The position numbers were made by a program, and so were the translations under genes. The notes beneath the pieces were generated by a model. That model was not told the origin of the DNA. It did no database searches and was given only the letters and a program-made list of their open reading frames with translations. From Escherichia coli (GTDB taxonomy: Bacteria > Pseudomonadota > Gammaproteobacteria > Enterobacterales > Enterobacteriaceae): a stretch of 47,554 bases of DNA. The stretch is taken from the NCBI RefSeq assembly GCF_003334385.1, contig NZ_QOWN01000034.1. One strand, 5' to 3'. This document shows, piece by piece, positions 1 to 10,446 of this stretch; within the stretch, counting starts at the first letter, position 1, and every line of letters starts with the position of its first letter.

Positions 1-77
1 AACGCGAGGCATCGTCTTAACGAGGCACCGAGGCGTCGCATTCTTCAGATGGTTCAACCCTTAAGTTAGCGCTTATG
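1..77. mobile_element. IS186 terminus (partial, cut by window edge)
   Basis: Positions ~45-77 read CAGATGGTTCAACCCTTAAGTTAGCGCTTATG, the reverse complement of the IS186 terminal inverted repeat as I recall it (CATAAGCGCTAACTTAAGGGTTG...). An IS186 copy sits just downstream of dnaJ in K-12. Confidence 0.5.
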
Positions 78-168
78 GGAGTGATCCCCGCCACTTTTCA
101 GGTGCTCGCATATCTTCAACGCACCCTAATTTTACCCAAGCCTGCCCACGGGCAGGCTTTTGGGGAGG

Positions 169-1299
169 TTAGCGGGTCAGGTCGTCAAAAAACTTCTTCA
201 CACCATCAAAGAAGCTCTTTGAGCGCGGGCTGTTGTGCTCACCGGTTGGGCCACCGAAGCTTTCTTGCAGCTCTTGCAGCAGCTGTTTCTGCTTCTCGTT
301 CAGGCCTACCGGTGTTTCGACGACAACGCGGCACAGTAAATCACCCTGTGCGCCACCGCGGACAGACTTGACGCCTTTACCGCGCATACGGAACAGCTTA
401 CCAGTCTGGGTTTCGCCAGGCACTTTCAGTTTGACGCGACCATCAAGGGTCGGTACTTCGATTTCGCCACCCAGCGCCGCCATAGCGAAGTTGATCGGGA
501 CTTCGCAATACAGGTTGTTGCCTTCACGCTCGAAAATCGGGTGCTGTTTAACCTGAACCTGAACGTACAGATCGCCTGCCGGTGCGCCATGCTCGCCCGC
601 TTCACCTTCGCCCGCAAGACGGATGCGGTCTCCAGTGTCCACCCCTGCCGGGATTTTAACGGACAGCGTTTTGCTGCGCTCAACACGACCATGACCATGA
701 CATTTGTTGCACGGATCTTTGATCAGCGTACCGCGGCCCTGACAGTGTGGACAGGTCTGCTGCACGGCAAAGAAACCCTGACGCATCTGCACCTGACCAG
801 AACCATGACAGGTCGGACAGGTCTGCGGCTGTGTACCTGGTTTTGCACCGCTACCGTGGCAAACGTCACACTCTTCCAGAGTCGGAATGCGGATCTCTTT
901 GGTCACGCCACGTACAGCTTCTTCGAGGGTGAGCTCCATGTTATAGCGTAAATCAGCACCGCGCGCCGCACGTTGACGACCACGTCCGCCGCCAAAAATA
1001 TCGCCGAAAACGTCACCAAAAATATCGCTGAAGTCTGCGCCGCCGCCAAAACCGCCGCCGCCCATACCGCCTTGCTCAAACGCAGCATGACCATACTGAT
1101 CATATGCCGCACGTTTTTGCGAGTCGGTCAGAACTTCATAAGCTTCCTTGATCTCTTTAAATTTCGCCTCGGCCTCTTTGTCACCCTGGTTACGGTCCGG
1201 GTGGTATTTCATGGCCAGGCGTTTGTAGGCCTTTTTGATTTCACGCTCTTCCGCTGTTTTGGAAACGCCTAAAATCTCGTAATAATCTTGCTTAGCCAT
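169..1299 (-). CDS. dnaJ: Chaperone DnaJ (Hsp40), 376 aa
   Basis: ORF translation [12 protein letters not shown]..., J-domain HPD motif, Gly/Phe-rich linker, four CxxCxGxG zinc-finger repeats. Start set at the internal ATG giving MAKQDYY rather than the longest ORF. Confidence 0.97.
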
Positions 1300-1387
1300 C
1301 TTTTTTAAATTGCCCCTAGATGAATGCACGGGCGGAGAGGAAATTCCCCTTCGCCCGTGTCAGTATAATTACCCGTTTATAGGGCGA

Positions 1388-3304
1388 TTATTTTTTGTCT
1401 TTGACTTCTTCAAATTCAGCGTCGACAACATCGTCATCTTTCGCGTTGTTTGCAGAAGCATCAGCACCGGCAGTCTGCTGCTGGGCATGTTGCTGCTGGG
1501 CGATTTCCATCAGTTTCTGGGAAACCTGTGCCAGCTCCTGCATTTTCGCTTCGATAGCGGCTTTGTCTTCACCTTTCAGAGCAGTTTCCAGTGCAGTCAG
1601 TGCAGACTCGATAGCAGTTTTGTCGTCAGCCGGCAGTTTGTCGCCTGCTTCTTCAACCTGCTTACGGGTGCTGTGCAGCAGATGGTCGCCCTGGTTGCGA
1701 GTCTGTACCAGCTCTTCAAACTTACGGTCAGCTTCGGCGTTAGCTTCTGCGTCGCGTACCATTTTCTGGATTTCATCTTCGTTCAGACCAGAAGACGCCT
1801 TGATGGTGATCTTCTGCTCTTTACCGCTGTTTTTATCTTTCGCGGAAACGTGCAGGATACCGTCAGCATCGATATCGAAGGTAACTTCGATCTGCGGCAT
1901 GCCGCGCGGTGCCGGGTTGATACCATCCAGGTTGAACTGACCCAGAGATTTGTTATCAGCCGCACGTTTACGTTCACCCTGCAGCACATGGATGGTTACC
2001 GCAGACTGGTTGTCTTCAGCGGTAGAGAACACCTGGCTGTGCTTGGTCGGGATAGTGGTGTTTTTCGCGATCAGCGTCGTCATCACACCGCCCATGGTTT
2101 CGATACCCAGAGACAGCGGGGTAACGTCCAGCAGCAGTACGTCTTTCACGTCACCAGTCAGAACACCACCCTGAACAGCAGCACCGATTGCTACAGCTTC
2201 GTCCGGGTTAACGTCTTTACGCGGCTCTTTACCAAAGAACTCAGCAACTTTCTTCTGAACCATTGGCATACGAGTCTGACCACCAACGAGGATAACGTCG
2301 TCGATATCAGATACGGACAGGCCAGCGTCCTGCAGTGCAACTTTCAGCGGCTCAATGGAACGGTTTACCAGATCTTCAACCAGGCTTTCCAGTTTCGCAC
2401 GAGTCACTTTGATGTTCATGTGTTTCGGACCGGTCGCATCTGCAGTGATGTACGGCAGGTTAACGTCGGTCTGCTGAGCGGAAGACAGTTCGATTTTCGC
2501 TTTTTCTGCCGCTTCTTTCAGGCGCTGCATTGCCAGCGGATCGTTGCGCAGGTCAATGCCCTGATCTTTCTTGAATTCTTCAACCAGGTAGTTGATCAGA
2601 CGGCTGTCGAAGTCTTCACCACCCAGGTGGGTATCACCGTTGGTAGCCAGAACTTCGAAGGTTTTTTCGCCGTCAACTTCGTCGATTTCGATAATAGAAA
2701 TATCGAAAGTACCACCACCCAGGTCATAAACCGCGATAGTACGGTTGCCAGTACCTTTGTCCAGACCGTAAGCCAGCGCAGCTGCGGTCGGTTCGTTGAT
2801 GATACGTTTTACTTCCAGACCAGCGATACGGCCTGCGTCTTTGGTTGCCTGACGCTGAGCATCGTTAAAGTATGCCGGTACGGTGATAACAGCTTCAGTT
2901 ACCGGTTCACCCAAGTAATCTTCAGCGGTTTTCTTCATTTTTTTCAGCACTTCAGCAGAAATCTGCGGCGGTGCCATTTTCTGGCCTTTAACTTCGACCC
3001 ATGCGTCGCCGTTATCAGCAGCAATAATTTTGAACGGCATGATGGAAACATCACGCTGTACTTCTTCGTCCTGGAAGCGGCGGCCAATCAGGCGTTTAAT
3101 CGCAAACAGGGTGTTTTGCGGGTTTGTCACTGCCTGACGTTTAGCCGGCTGACCAACCAGAGTTTCACCATCCTGGGTATAGGCAATGATAGAAGGCGTG
3201 GTGCGATCGCCTTCGGCGTTCTCCAGCACGCGAGGAGTGGTGCCATCCATAATCGCTACACAAGAGTTGGTAGTACCCAGGTCGATACCAATTATTTTAC
3301 CCAT
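1388..3304 (-). CDS. dnaK: Chaperone DnaK (Hsp70), 638 aa
   Basis: [21 protein letters not shown]... full-length Hsp70 ending EEVKDKK; 88-bp spacer to dnaJ. Confidence 0.98.
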
Positions 3305-3349
3305 CTAAACGTCTCCACTATATATTCGGTCATCATGTGGTTGTGAGTC

Positions 3350-3460
3350 TGTAATAGGGGCGAAACGTCTGGTTTCAACTGCCCAATTTCATTTTTTTGC
3401 AGACTCACTCACTGCGGTTGACTACTAAATGGGGTCGTAACCCACGTCATCAAGGGGGAG
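3350..3460 (-). promoter_or_regulatory. dnaK heat-shock (sigma32) promoters P1 and P2
   Basis: On the minus strand: CTTGATG -35 with CCCCATTTA -10 (plus coordinates ~3426-3454), and TTGAAA -35 with CCCCTATTA -10 (~3352-3378). Both match the sigma32 consensus CTTGAA / CCCCATnT. Confidence 0.6.
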
Positions 3461-3680
3461 ATGCAAAAATTTTTTGTGCTTTTGCGCAGAAATTTCGCGA
3501 TATGGCAGGACAAGACGTAAAATTGACAGCAATTTTATTCATATAAAGAATGAATCGCAGCCAAGGCATTCATCAAAAAATTGTAATAAAAAGAAAAGAT
3601 TACGTACCTGAATCTTCTCTTTATCAGCAGTAAACTAGTGGGTATTCATCCCTCTACCTCTTCCCACTAAGAGAATCCTT

Positions 3681-4085
3681 ATGAAATCCGTTTTTACGAT
3701 TTCCGCCAGCCTGGCGATTAGCCTGATGCTGTGCTGCACGGCGCAGGCAAACGACCATAAACTCCTCGGCGTCATTGCAATGCCGCGTAACGAAACCAAC
3801 GATCTGGCGCTGAAACTTCCTGTTTGTCGCATTGTGAAACGCATACAACTCTCTGCCGACCATGGCGATTTACAGTTAAGCGGTGCATCGGTTTATTTCA
3901 AAGCCGCCCGTAGCGCCAGTCAGAGTCTGAATATTCCTTCAGAAATAAAAGAAGGGCAAACCACTGACTGGATCAACATTAACAGTGATAACGACAATAA
4001 ACGCTGCGTCTCAAAAATCACCTTTTCCGGTCATACGGTGAACTCATCGGATATGGCCACGCTGAAAATTATCGGCGACGACTAA
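3681..4085 (+). CDS. yaaI: YaaI-family secreted protein (DUF2541), 134 aa
   Basis: N-terminal signal peptide [23 protein letters not shown]; size and position (between dnaK and yaaW) match K-12 yaaI. Confidence 0.85.
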   Translation: MKSVFTISASLAISLMLCCTAQANDHKLLGVIAMPRNETNDLALKLPVCRIVKRIQLSADHGDLQLSGASVYFKAARSASQSLNIPSEIKEGQTTDWININSDNDNKRCVSKITFSGHTVNSSDMATLKIIGDD

Positions 4086-4110
4086 CGCCAGAATATAGAA
4101 ACCACAAAAA

Positions 4111-4824
4111 ATGAATGTTAATTACCTGAATGATTCAGATCTGGATTTTCTTCAGCATTGTAGTGAGGAACAGTTGGCAAATTTCGCCCGATTGCTCACC
4201 CATAATGAAAAAGGCAAAACTCGCCTCTCCAGCGTACTGATGCGCAACGAACTGTTTAAATCGATGGAAGGGCATCCCGAGCAACATCGCCGCAACTGGC
4301 AGCTGATTGCTGGAGAATTACAGCATTTTGGTGGCGATAGTATCGCCAACAAACTGCGCGGACACGGTAAATTGTATCGGGCCATTTTGCTCGATGTTTC
4401 AAAACGATTGAAGCTGAAAGCCGACAAAGAGATGTCTACGTTTGAGATTGAGCAACAGTTACTGGAACAATTTCTGCGTAACACCTGGAAGAATATGGAC
4501 GAGAAACATAAGCAGGAGTTTCTGCACGCGGTCGATGCCAGGGTGAATGAGCTGGAAGAGCTGCTGCCGCTGCTGATGAAAGACAAATTATTGGCAAAAG
4601 GCGTGTCGCATTTGCTTTCCAGCCAACTGACCCGCATTTTACGCACCCACGCAGCAATGAGCGTGCTTGGGCATGGTTTGCTGCGCGGCGCGGGTCTGGG
4701 AGGCCCTGTGGGCGCAGCATTAAATGGGGTTAAAGCGGTCAGCGGCAGTGCCTATCGCGTGACAATTCCAGCCGTACTGCAAATCGCCTGCCTGCGCCGG
4801 ATGGTTAGCGCCACTCGGGTCTGA
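4111..4824 (+). CDS. yaaW: YaaW-family protein, 237 aa
   Basis: 237-aa ORF in the conserved position between yaaI and satP; translation matches YaaW as recalled. Confidence 0.85.
   Translation: MNVNYLNDSDLDFLQHCSEEQLANFARLLTHNEKGKTRLSSVLMRNELFKSMEGHPEQHRRNWQLIAGELQHFGGDSIANKLRGHGKLYRAILLDVSKRLKLKADKEMSTFEIEQQLLEQFLRNTWKNMDEKHKQEFLHAVDARVNELEELLPLLMKDKLLAKGVSHLLSSQLTRILRTHAAMSVLGHGLLRGAGLGGPVGAALNGVKAVSGSAYRVTIPAVLQIACLRRMVSATRV
4152..4637 (-). CDS. mbiA: Antisense ORF embedded in yaaW (htgA/mbiA-type), doubtful coding status
   Basis: 161-aa open frame on the opposite strand, wholly inside yaaW; coincides with the historically annotated htgA/mbiA ORF. Ser/Cys-rich, low-complexity translation. 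Confidence 0.3.
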   Translation of the reverse strand: MRVSWLESKCDTPFANNLSFISSGSSSSSSFTLASTACRNSCLCFSSIFFQVLRRNCSSNCCSISNVDISLSAFSFNRFETSSKMARYNLPCPRSLLAILSPPKCCNSPAISCQLRRCCSGCPSIDLNSSLRISTLERRVLPFSLWVSNRAKFANCSSLQC

Positions 4825-4972
4825 CACCGTAAACCGGGGAAAATTTTCATTTTCCCCTCAAAAGATCGTAGACACTGCCCCACTGGCTGATTATTATGCC
4901 GCGCCCTGAAAACACTACAGTTATTCAGGGAAATTATTTCACCATTCATTCGATGATGATTTTTGAGGAATT

Positions 4973-5539
4973 ATGGGCAACACTAAGTTGGCTAATCCGG
5001 CACCGCTGGGCCTGATGGGCTTCGGCATGACCACCATTCTGCTTAACCTGCACAACGTGGGTTATTTCGCTCTGGACGGTATTATTCTTGCCATGGGCAT
5101 TTTCTACGGCGGCATCGCGCAAATTTTTGCCGGTCTGCTGGAGTACAAAAAAGGCAACACTTTCGGTTTAACCGCATTCACCTCTTACGGTTCTTTCTGG
5201 CTGACGCTGGTTGCGATTCTGCTGATGCCGAAACTGGGTCTGACCGATGCGCCAAATGCACAGTTCCTTGGTGTCTACCTGGGTCTGTGGGGCGTATTTA
5301 CGCTGTTTATGTTCTTCGGCACGCTGAAAGGCGCACGCGTTCTGCAATTCGTTTTCTTTAGCCTGACCGTGCTGTTTGCCCTGCTGGCGATCGGTAACAT
5401 TGCCGGTAACGCCGCAATCATCCACTTTGCCGGCTGGATTGGTCTGATCTGCGGTGCCAGCGCAATCTATCTGGCGATGGGTGAAGTACTGAACGAGCAG
5501 TTTGGTCGCACCGTTCTGCCGATTGGTGAATCCCACTAA
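4973..5539 (+). CDS. satP: Succinate-acetate/proton symporter SatP (YaaH), 188 aa
   Basis: MGNTKLANPAPLGLMGFGMTTILLNLHNVGYF..., hydrophobic six-helix GPR1/FUN34/YaaH-family protein. Confidence 0.92.
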   Translation: MGNTKLANPAPLGLMGFGMTTILLNLHNVGYFALDGIILAMGIFYGGIAQIFAGLLEYKKGNTFGLTAFTSYGSFWLTLVAILLMPKLGLTDAPNAQFLGVYLGLWGVFTLFMFFGTLKGARVLQFVFFSLTVLFALLAIGNIAGNAAIIHFAGWIGLICGASAIYLAMGEVLNEQFGRTVLPIGESH

Positions 5540-5547
5540 TTGTTTTG

Positions 5548-5578
5548 AGATCCCCCCGCTCGGGGGGATTTTTTTATT
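5548..5578. terminator. Bidirectional rho-independent terminator between convergent satP and mog
   Basis: GATCCCCCCG-CTCG-GGGGGGATTTTTTT hairpin with flanking A/T runs; overlaps the mog stop codon. Confidence 0.6.
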
Positions 5579-6161
5579 CGCTAACGTCGCGTCTTGCACT
5601 CTTCGGTCTGAATGCAGCAACCACTTCTGGTGCCGTTTCAACGTATGGCCCTTCCAGCAACTGAATGCAGTACGGTACGCTGGCAAAAATACCGTGTACC
5701 ACAACGTTACCCGCAGCGTCCTTCACACCTTCCAGCGTCTCTTTAATAGACTTCGGCTGACCGGGTAAGTTAAGGATCAGCGCCTGTTTGCGAATCACAC
5801 CAACCTGACGCGAAAGGATCGCAGTTGGTACAAAATGCAGGCTTATCTGGCGCATCTGTTCACCAAAGCCAGGCATCTCGCGGTCCGCTACTGCCAGCGT
5901 CGCATCGGGCGTTACGTCACGACGCGCCGGGCCAGTTCCGCCCGTGGTGAGCACCAGATGGCAACTCATTTCATCCACTAGCTCACACAACGTTTGCTCG
6001 ATGATCGCCTGCTCATCGGGGATTAAGCGGGTTTCCAGTTCAAACGGCGTGGTTAGCGCCGATGTCAGCCATTCTTCCAGCGCAGGGATGCCTTTATCCT
6101 GATAAACGCCGCTGGATGCGCGATCAGAGATGGAAACTAAGCCAATACGTAAAGTATTCAT
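5574..6161 (-). CDS. mog: Molybdopterin adenylyltransferase Mog, 195 aa
   Basis: MNTLRIGLVSISDRASSGVYQDKGIPALEEWL...; start at the second ATG of the ORF. Confidence 0.95.
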   Translation of the reverse strand: MNTLRIGLVSISDRASSGVYQDKGIPALEEWLTSALTTPFELETRLIPDEQAIIEQTLCELVDEMSCHLVLTTGGTGPARRDVTPDATLAVADREMPGFGEQMRQISLHFVPTAILSRQVGVIRKQALILNLPGQPKSIKETLEGVKDAAGNVVVHGIFASVPYCIQLLEGPYVETAPEVVAAFRPKSARRDVSE

Positions 6162-6275
6162 CAAGATTTTTCCGTTTAAACAGTCTCGTTAAACAGAATG
6201 ATACACTGCGAAGGGAGTGACAGACAGGCTTCAGAAGAGGTAGCGTGACCGACTTCCCGGTCACGCTAAGAATGA

Positions 6276-7229
6276 TTACAGCAGATCGCCGATCATTTTT
6301 TCCAGTTTTTCCTGGTCAATAGCAAACTTACGGATACCTTCCGCCAGTTTATCTACTGCCATTGGATCCTGGTTGTGCTGCCACAGGAACTCGGACTCAG
6401 TGATACGCGCCGGACGCGCTTTCACTTCGCCGGTGTAAGACAGTTTACGTTCGATAGCCCCTTCGCTCTCAGCCAGCTCTTTCAGCAGTGTAGGTGCGAT
6501 GGTAAGACGGTCGCAGCCTGCCAGTTCCAGAATTTCGCCGATGTTACGGAAGCTTGCGCCCATAACCACGGTTTCATAACCGTGCTCTTTGTAGTACTGG
6601 TAGATTTCAGATACAGAAACCACGCCCGGATCTTCTGCCGGAGCGTACTCTTTCTTATCAGTATTCGCTTTGTACCAGTCAAGAATACGGCCAACAAATG
6701 GCGAGATCAGGAACACGCCTGCTTCCGCACAAGCACGAGCCTGAGCGAAGGAGAACAGCAGGGTCAGGTTACAGTTGATGCCTTCTTTTTCCAGCTGTTC
6801 TGCAGCACGGATACCCTGCCAGGTAGAAGCCAGTTTGATCAGAATACGATCGTTGCTAATACCAGCATCGTTGTAGAGTTTGATCAGGCGTTTTGCTTTC
6901 GCAATTGACGCTTCGGTGTCATAGGAAAGACGCGCATCAACTTCAGTTGAGATACGGCCCGGAACCAGTTTCAGGATTTCCAGACCAATATTTACTGCCA
7001 GTTTGTCGGTCGCGTCCACGATCTGCTGCGCGCGATCGTTGCTCTGCTGTTTCGCCCAGGCGACAGCATCATCAATCAACTTACGGTATTCCGGAATCTG
7101 CGCTGCGTTAAGAATGAGAGAAGGGTTGGTTGTGGCATCCTGCGGTTGATACAGCTTCATTGCCGCGATGTCCCCAGTGTCGGCCACTACGGTGGTGTAC
7201 TGACGAAGGGAGGTCAATTTGTCCGTCAT
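6276..7229 (-). CDS. talB: Transaldolase B, 317 aa
   Basis: [40 protein letters not shown]...; start trimmed to the internal ATG giving the 317-aa protein. Confidence 0.96.
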   Translation of the reverse strand: MTDKLTSLRQYTTVVADTGDIAAMKLYQPQDATTNPSLILNAAQIPEYRKLIDDAVAWAKQQSNDRAQQIVDATDKLAVNIGLEILKLVPGRISTEVDARLSYDTEASIAKAKRLIKLYNDAGISNDRILIKLASTWQGIRAAEQLEKEGINCNLTLLFSFAQARACAEAGVFLISPFVGRILDWYKANTDKKEYAPAEDPGVVSVSEIYQYYKEHGYETVVMGASFRNIGEILELAGCDRLTIAPTLLKELAESEGAIERKLSYTGEVKARPARITESEFLWQHNQDPMAVDKLAEGIRKFAIDQEKLEKMIGDLL

Positions 7230-7507
7230 GATAGTATTTCTCTTTAAACAGCTTGTTAGGGGGATGTAACCAGTCTGCCCTGATGATATCACGACGCAAC
7301 GTCAGCGCAACCGCCGACAAGACGGTTATCGCCAGGCGAGACTGTTTCGGATTTCTGACACTGCGTTGATATCGCCCGCCATTTTTATACAAAACCTCAT
7401 GTATGCTACGCAGAAGTTATCAAGTACCTCGTAGCGTATATACTTCTTAAACAATTGGTAACGTTTACACAGGAAAGTCATCGCGACCGGCAATAAGAGG
7501 GATATGC

Positions 7508-8938
7508 ATGCCAGATTTTTTCTCCTTTATTAACAGCGTCCTTTGGGGATCGGTAATGATTTACCTGCTCTTCGGCGCAGGTTGTTGGTTCACTTTTCGC
7601 ACCGGATTTGTGCAGTTTCGCTACATCCGCCAGTTTGGCAAAAGTCTTAAAAATAGCATTCATCCACAGCCAGGCGGTTTAACCTCATTTCAGTCATTGT
7701 GTACCAGTCTTGCGGCGCGCGTGGGTAGCGGCAACCTGGCCGGCGTTGCGCTGGCAATTACCGCCGGTGGACCTGGAGCCGTCTTTTGGATGTGGGTTGC
7801 CGCGTTTATCGGCATGGCGACCTCGTTTGCCGAATGTTCCCTTGCACAACTTTATAAAGAACGTGACGTCAATGGGCAGTTTCGTGGCGGACCGGCATGG
7901 TATATGGCGCGCGGGCTGGGGATGCGCTGGATGGGCGTTCTGTTCGCCGTCTTTTTGCTCATCGCCTACGGCATAATTTTCAGCGGAGTTCAGGCAAACG
8001 CAGTTGCCCGAGCCCTGAGTTTTTCTTTTGATTTTCCCCCGCTGGTGACAGGCATTATTCTCGCTGTCTTTGCTCTGCTGGCAATCACTCGCGGTCTTCA
8101 TGGCGTCGCCCGGCTCATGCAGGGTTTTGTCCCGTTGATGGCGATAATCTGGGTGCTGACCAGCATGGTGATTTGCGTAATAAATATCGGGCAACTTCCC
8201 CACGTCATTTGGTCTATTTTTGAGAGTGCTTTTGGCTGGCAGGAAGCGGCAGGCGGCGCGGCGGGATATACCTTAAGCCAGGCGATTACTAACGGTTTTC
8301 AGCGCAGTATGTTTTCCAATGAGGCGGGAATGGGTTCGACGCCAAACGCGGCTGCGGCAGCGGCGTCCTGGCCTCCGCATCCGGCAGCGCAAGGAATTGT
8401 CCAGATGATTGGCATTTTTATCGACACCCTGGTCATCTGTACGGCAAGCGCCATGCTGATATTACTGGCGGGTAACGGCACAACCTACATGCCGCTGGAA
8501 GGTATTCAGCTTATCCAGAAGGCGATGCGGGTGCTAATGGGTTCCTGGGGTGCTGAGTTTGTTACCCTCGTGGTTATTCTGTTTGCCTTCAGCTCCATCG
8601 TTGCCAACTACATTTATGCCGAAAACAATCTCTTCTTTTTACGCCTGAACAACCCTAAAGCGATCTGGTGTTTGCGGATCTGCACCTTCGCAACGGTCAT
8701 CGGCGGCACCTTGCTAAGTCTTCCGCTGATGTGGCAACTGGCAGATATCATAATGGCCTGCATGGCTATTACCAATTTGACCGCCATTTTACTGCTCTCG
8801 CCTGTGGTTCATACCATTGCCAGTGATTATCTACGCCAGCGTAAACTCGGCGTGCGCCCGGTGTTTGATCCGTTGCGTCATCCGGATATCGGCCGCCAGC
8901 TTTCTCCGGACGCGTGGGATGATGTTTCGCAGGAGTAA
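7508..8938 (+). CDS. yaaJ: Alanine/glycine:cation symporter (AGCS) family transporter, 476 aa
   Basis: Polytopic membrane protein of the AGCS family; conserved position divergent from talB. Confidence 0.9.
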   Translation: MPDFFSFINSVLWGSVMIYLLFGAGCWFTFRTGFVQFRYIRQFGKSLKNSIHPQPGGLTSFQSLCTSLAARVGSGNLAGVALAITAGGPGAVFWMWVAAFIGMATSFAECSLAQLYKERDVNGQFRGGPAWYMARGLGMRWMGVLFAVFLLIAYGIIFSGVQANAVARALSFSFDFPPLVTGIILAVFALLAITRGLHGVARLMQGFVPLMAIIWVLTSMVICVINIGQLPHVIWSIFESAFGWQEAAGGAAGYTLSQAITNGFQRSMFSNEAGMGSTPNAAAAAASWPPHPAAQGIVQMIGIFIDTLVICTASAMLILLAGNGTTYMPLEGIQLIQKAMRVLMGSWGAEFVTLVVILFAFSSIVANYIYAENNLFFLRLNNPKAIWCLRICTFATVIGGTLLSLPLMWQLADIIMACMAITNLTAILLLSPVVHTIASDYLRQRKLGVRPVFDPLRHPDIGRQLSPDAWDDVSQE

Positions 8939-9007
8939 TCACAACTATCGATCAACTCATTCTCTTTTTTTGCTAAAGTCGGCATAAATTTCCTGCAAGG
9001 ACTGGAT

Positions 9008-9784
9008 ATGCTGATTCTTATTTCACCTGCGAAAACGCTTGATTACCAAAGCCCGTTGACCACCACGCGCTATACGCTGCCGGAGCTGTTAGACAATTCC
9101 CAGCAGTTGATCCATGAAGCGCGGAAACTGACGCCTCCGCAGATTAGCACGCTGATGCGCATCAGCGACAAACTGGCGGGTATCAACGCCGCTCGCTTTC
9201 ATGACTGGCAGCCAGATTTCACGCCGGAGAATGCCCGCCAGGCGATTCTGGCGTTTAAAGGTGATGTCTACACCGGCTTGCAGGCCGAAACTTTCAGCGA
9301 AGACAATTTCGATTTTGCCCAACAGCATTTGCGAATGCTTTCCGGCTTGTATGGCGTACTGCGCCCGCTCGATTTAATGCAGCCTTATCGTCTGGAAATG
9401 GGGATCCGTCTTGAGAATGCCCGAGGGAAAGATCTGTATCAATTCTGGGGAGATATCATCACCAACAAGCTGAACGAGGCGCTCGCAGCACAAGGCGATA
9501 ATGTGGTGATTAATCTGGCGTCAGATGAGTATTTTAAATCGGTGAAGCCGAAGAAATTGAATGCCGAGATTATCAAGCCGGTGTTCCTCGATGAGAAGAA
9601 CGGCAAATTTAAGATCATCAGCTTCTACGCTAAGAAAGCACGCGGTCTGATGAGTCGTTTTATTATTGAAAATCGGCTGACCAAACCAGAGCAACTGACT
9701 GGTTTTAATAGCGAAGGTTACTTCTTTGATGAAGCTTCCTCCAGCAATGGAGAACTGGTGTTTAAACGCTACGAGCAGCGTTAA
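9008..9784 (+). CDS. yaaA: Peroxide stress resistance protein YaaA (DUF328), 258 aa
   Basis: [28 protein letters not shown]..., matches YaaA/UPF0246. Confidence 0.9.
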   Translation: MLILISPAKTLDYQSPLTTTRYTLPELLDNSQQLIHEARKLTPPQISTLMRISDKLAGINAARFHDWQPDFTPENARQAILAFKGDVYTGLQAETFSEDNFDFAQQHLRMLSGLYGVLRPLDLMQPYRLEMGIRLENARGKDLYQFWGDIITNKLNEALAAQGDNVVINLASDEYFKSVKPKKLNAEIIKPVFLDEKNGKFKIISFYAKKARGLMSRFIIENRLTKPEQLTGFNSEGYFFDEASSSNGELVFKRYEQR

Positions 9785-9794
9785 GTTTGCAGTC

Positions 9795-9930
9795 AATGCC
9801 GGATGCGGCGTGAACGCCTTATCCGGCCTACAAAAGCATGCAGATTCAATATATTGCAGAATTCACGTAGGCCTGATAAGACGCGCCAGCGTCGCATCAG
9901 GCGCTGAATGCCGGATTGTTACCCGGCATT
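9795..9930. repeat. REP elements (BIME) between yaaA and yaaX
   Basis: GCCGGATGCGGCGTGAACGCCTTATCCGGCCTAC and inverted GTAGGCCTGATAAGACGCGCCAGCGTCGCATCAGGC palindromic units. Confidence 0.85.
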
Positions 9931-9936
9931 TGTCAT

Positions 9937-10233
9937 TTAGCGGTGATGTTTGCCTGGACCATGACCGCCGTGATGATCATGATGAGCTTTCTTATGGTGA
10001 CGCGGCGGTGGCGGCGGTCCGTGTGGGTGCCAGCGATTGCCTCGCCATTCATAATGTTGTTTCCACCAGCCGTGGTCGCGCCAGTGACCTCCATCCCAGT
10101 AATAGCCACGATTATCACGATCGCCTATCTGTAATTTTACTGACGGGACTAACGTAATTTCCGCAGCCTGTGCTGCCATGGGAGCGACCAGAACCAGGGA
10201 AAGTGCGAGTACGATAGATTGCATCTTTTTCAC
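9937..10233 (-). CDS. yaaX: YaaX (DUF2502), small secreted His/Pro-rich protein, 98 aa
   Basis: Signal peptide [23 protein letters not shown] followed by a His/Trp/Pro-rich tail. Confidence 0.8.
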   Translation of the reverse strand: MKKMQSIVLALSLVLVAPMAAQAAEITLVPSVKLQIGDRDNRGYYWDGGHWRDHGWWKQHYEWRGNRWHPHGPPPPPRHHKKAHHDHHGGHGPGKHHR

Positions 10234-10389
10234 AGGTTACTCCTTTTATCATTGCCCGTTATGGGTCGATATCCGGAGATTACGCGATGAGAACGGCGGT
10301 TGTTATTCTCCGCAATCCTAATCTCTAAGTTACCGCATTTATTGAGAATTTCTCCTTTTTCCCTGTCGTTTTTCTCCATAATTTCTTCA

Positions 10390-10426
10390 TAAAAAAGCCG
10401 GGCTGCATAAAAGCAAACCCGGCCTG
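10390..10426 (-). terminator. thr operon rho-independent terminator
   Basis: GCCGGGTTTGCTTTTATGCAGCCCGGC hairpin followed by a U-run on the minus-strand transcript, 20 bp downstream of the thrC stop. Confidence 0.7.
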
Positions 10427-10446
10427 ATTGAGATAATGAATAGATT

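Noticed and set aside
75-371. 98-aa plus-strand ORF
   Set aside because: Spans the IS186 terminus and the 3' end of dnaJ on the opposite strand; Ala/Ser/Arg-rich, not credible.
1310-3346. 678-aa ORF on the plus strand
   Set aside because: Antisense shadow of dnaK: Cys/Phe/Val-rich low-complexity translation, no start context; dnaK on the minus strand is unambiguous.
6375-6908. 177-aa plus-strand ORF
   Set aside because: Lies entirely within talB on the opposite strand; no independent support.
9916-10134. Small plus- and minus-strand ORFs (61-72 aa) overlapping yaaX
   Set aside because: Alternative frames of the His/Pro-rich low-complexity yaaX region; yaaX, with its signal peptide, is the credible frame.
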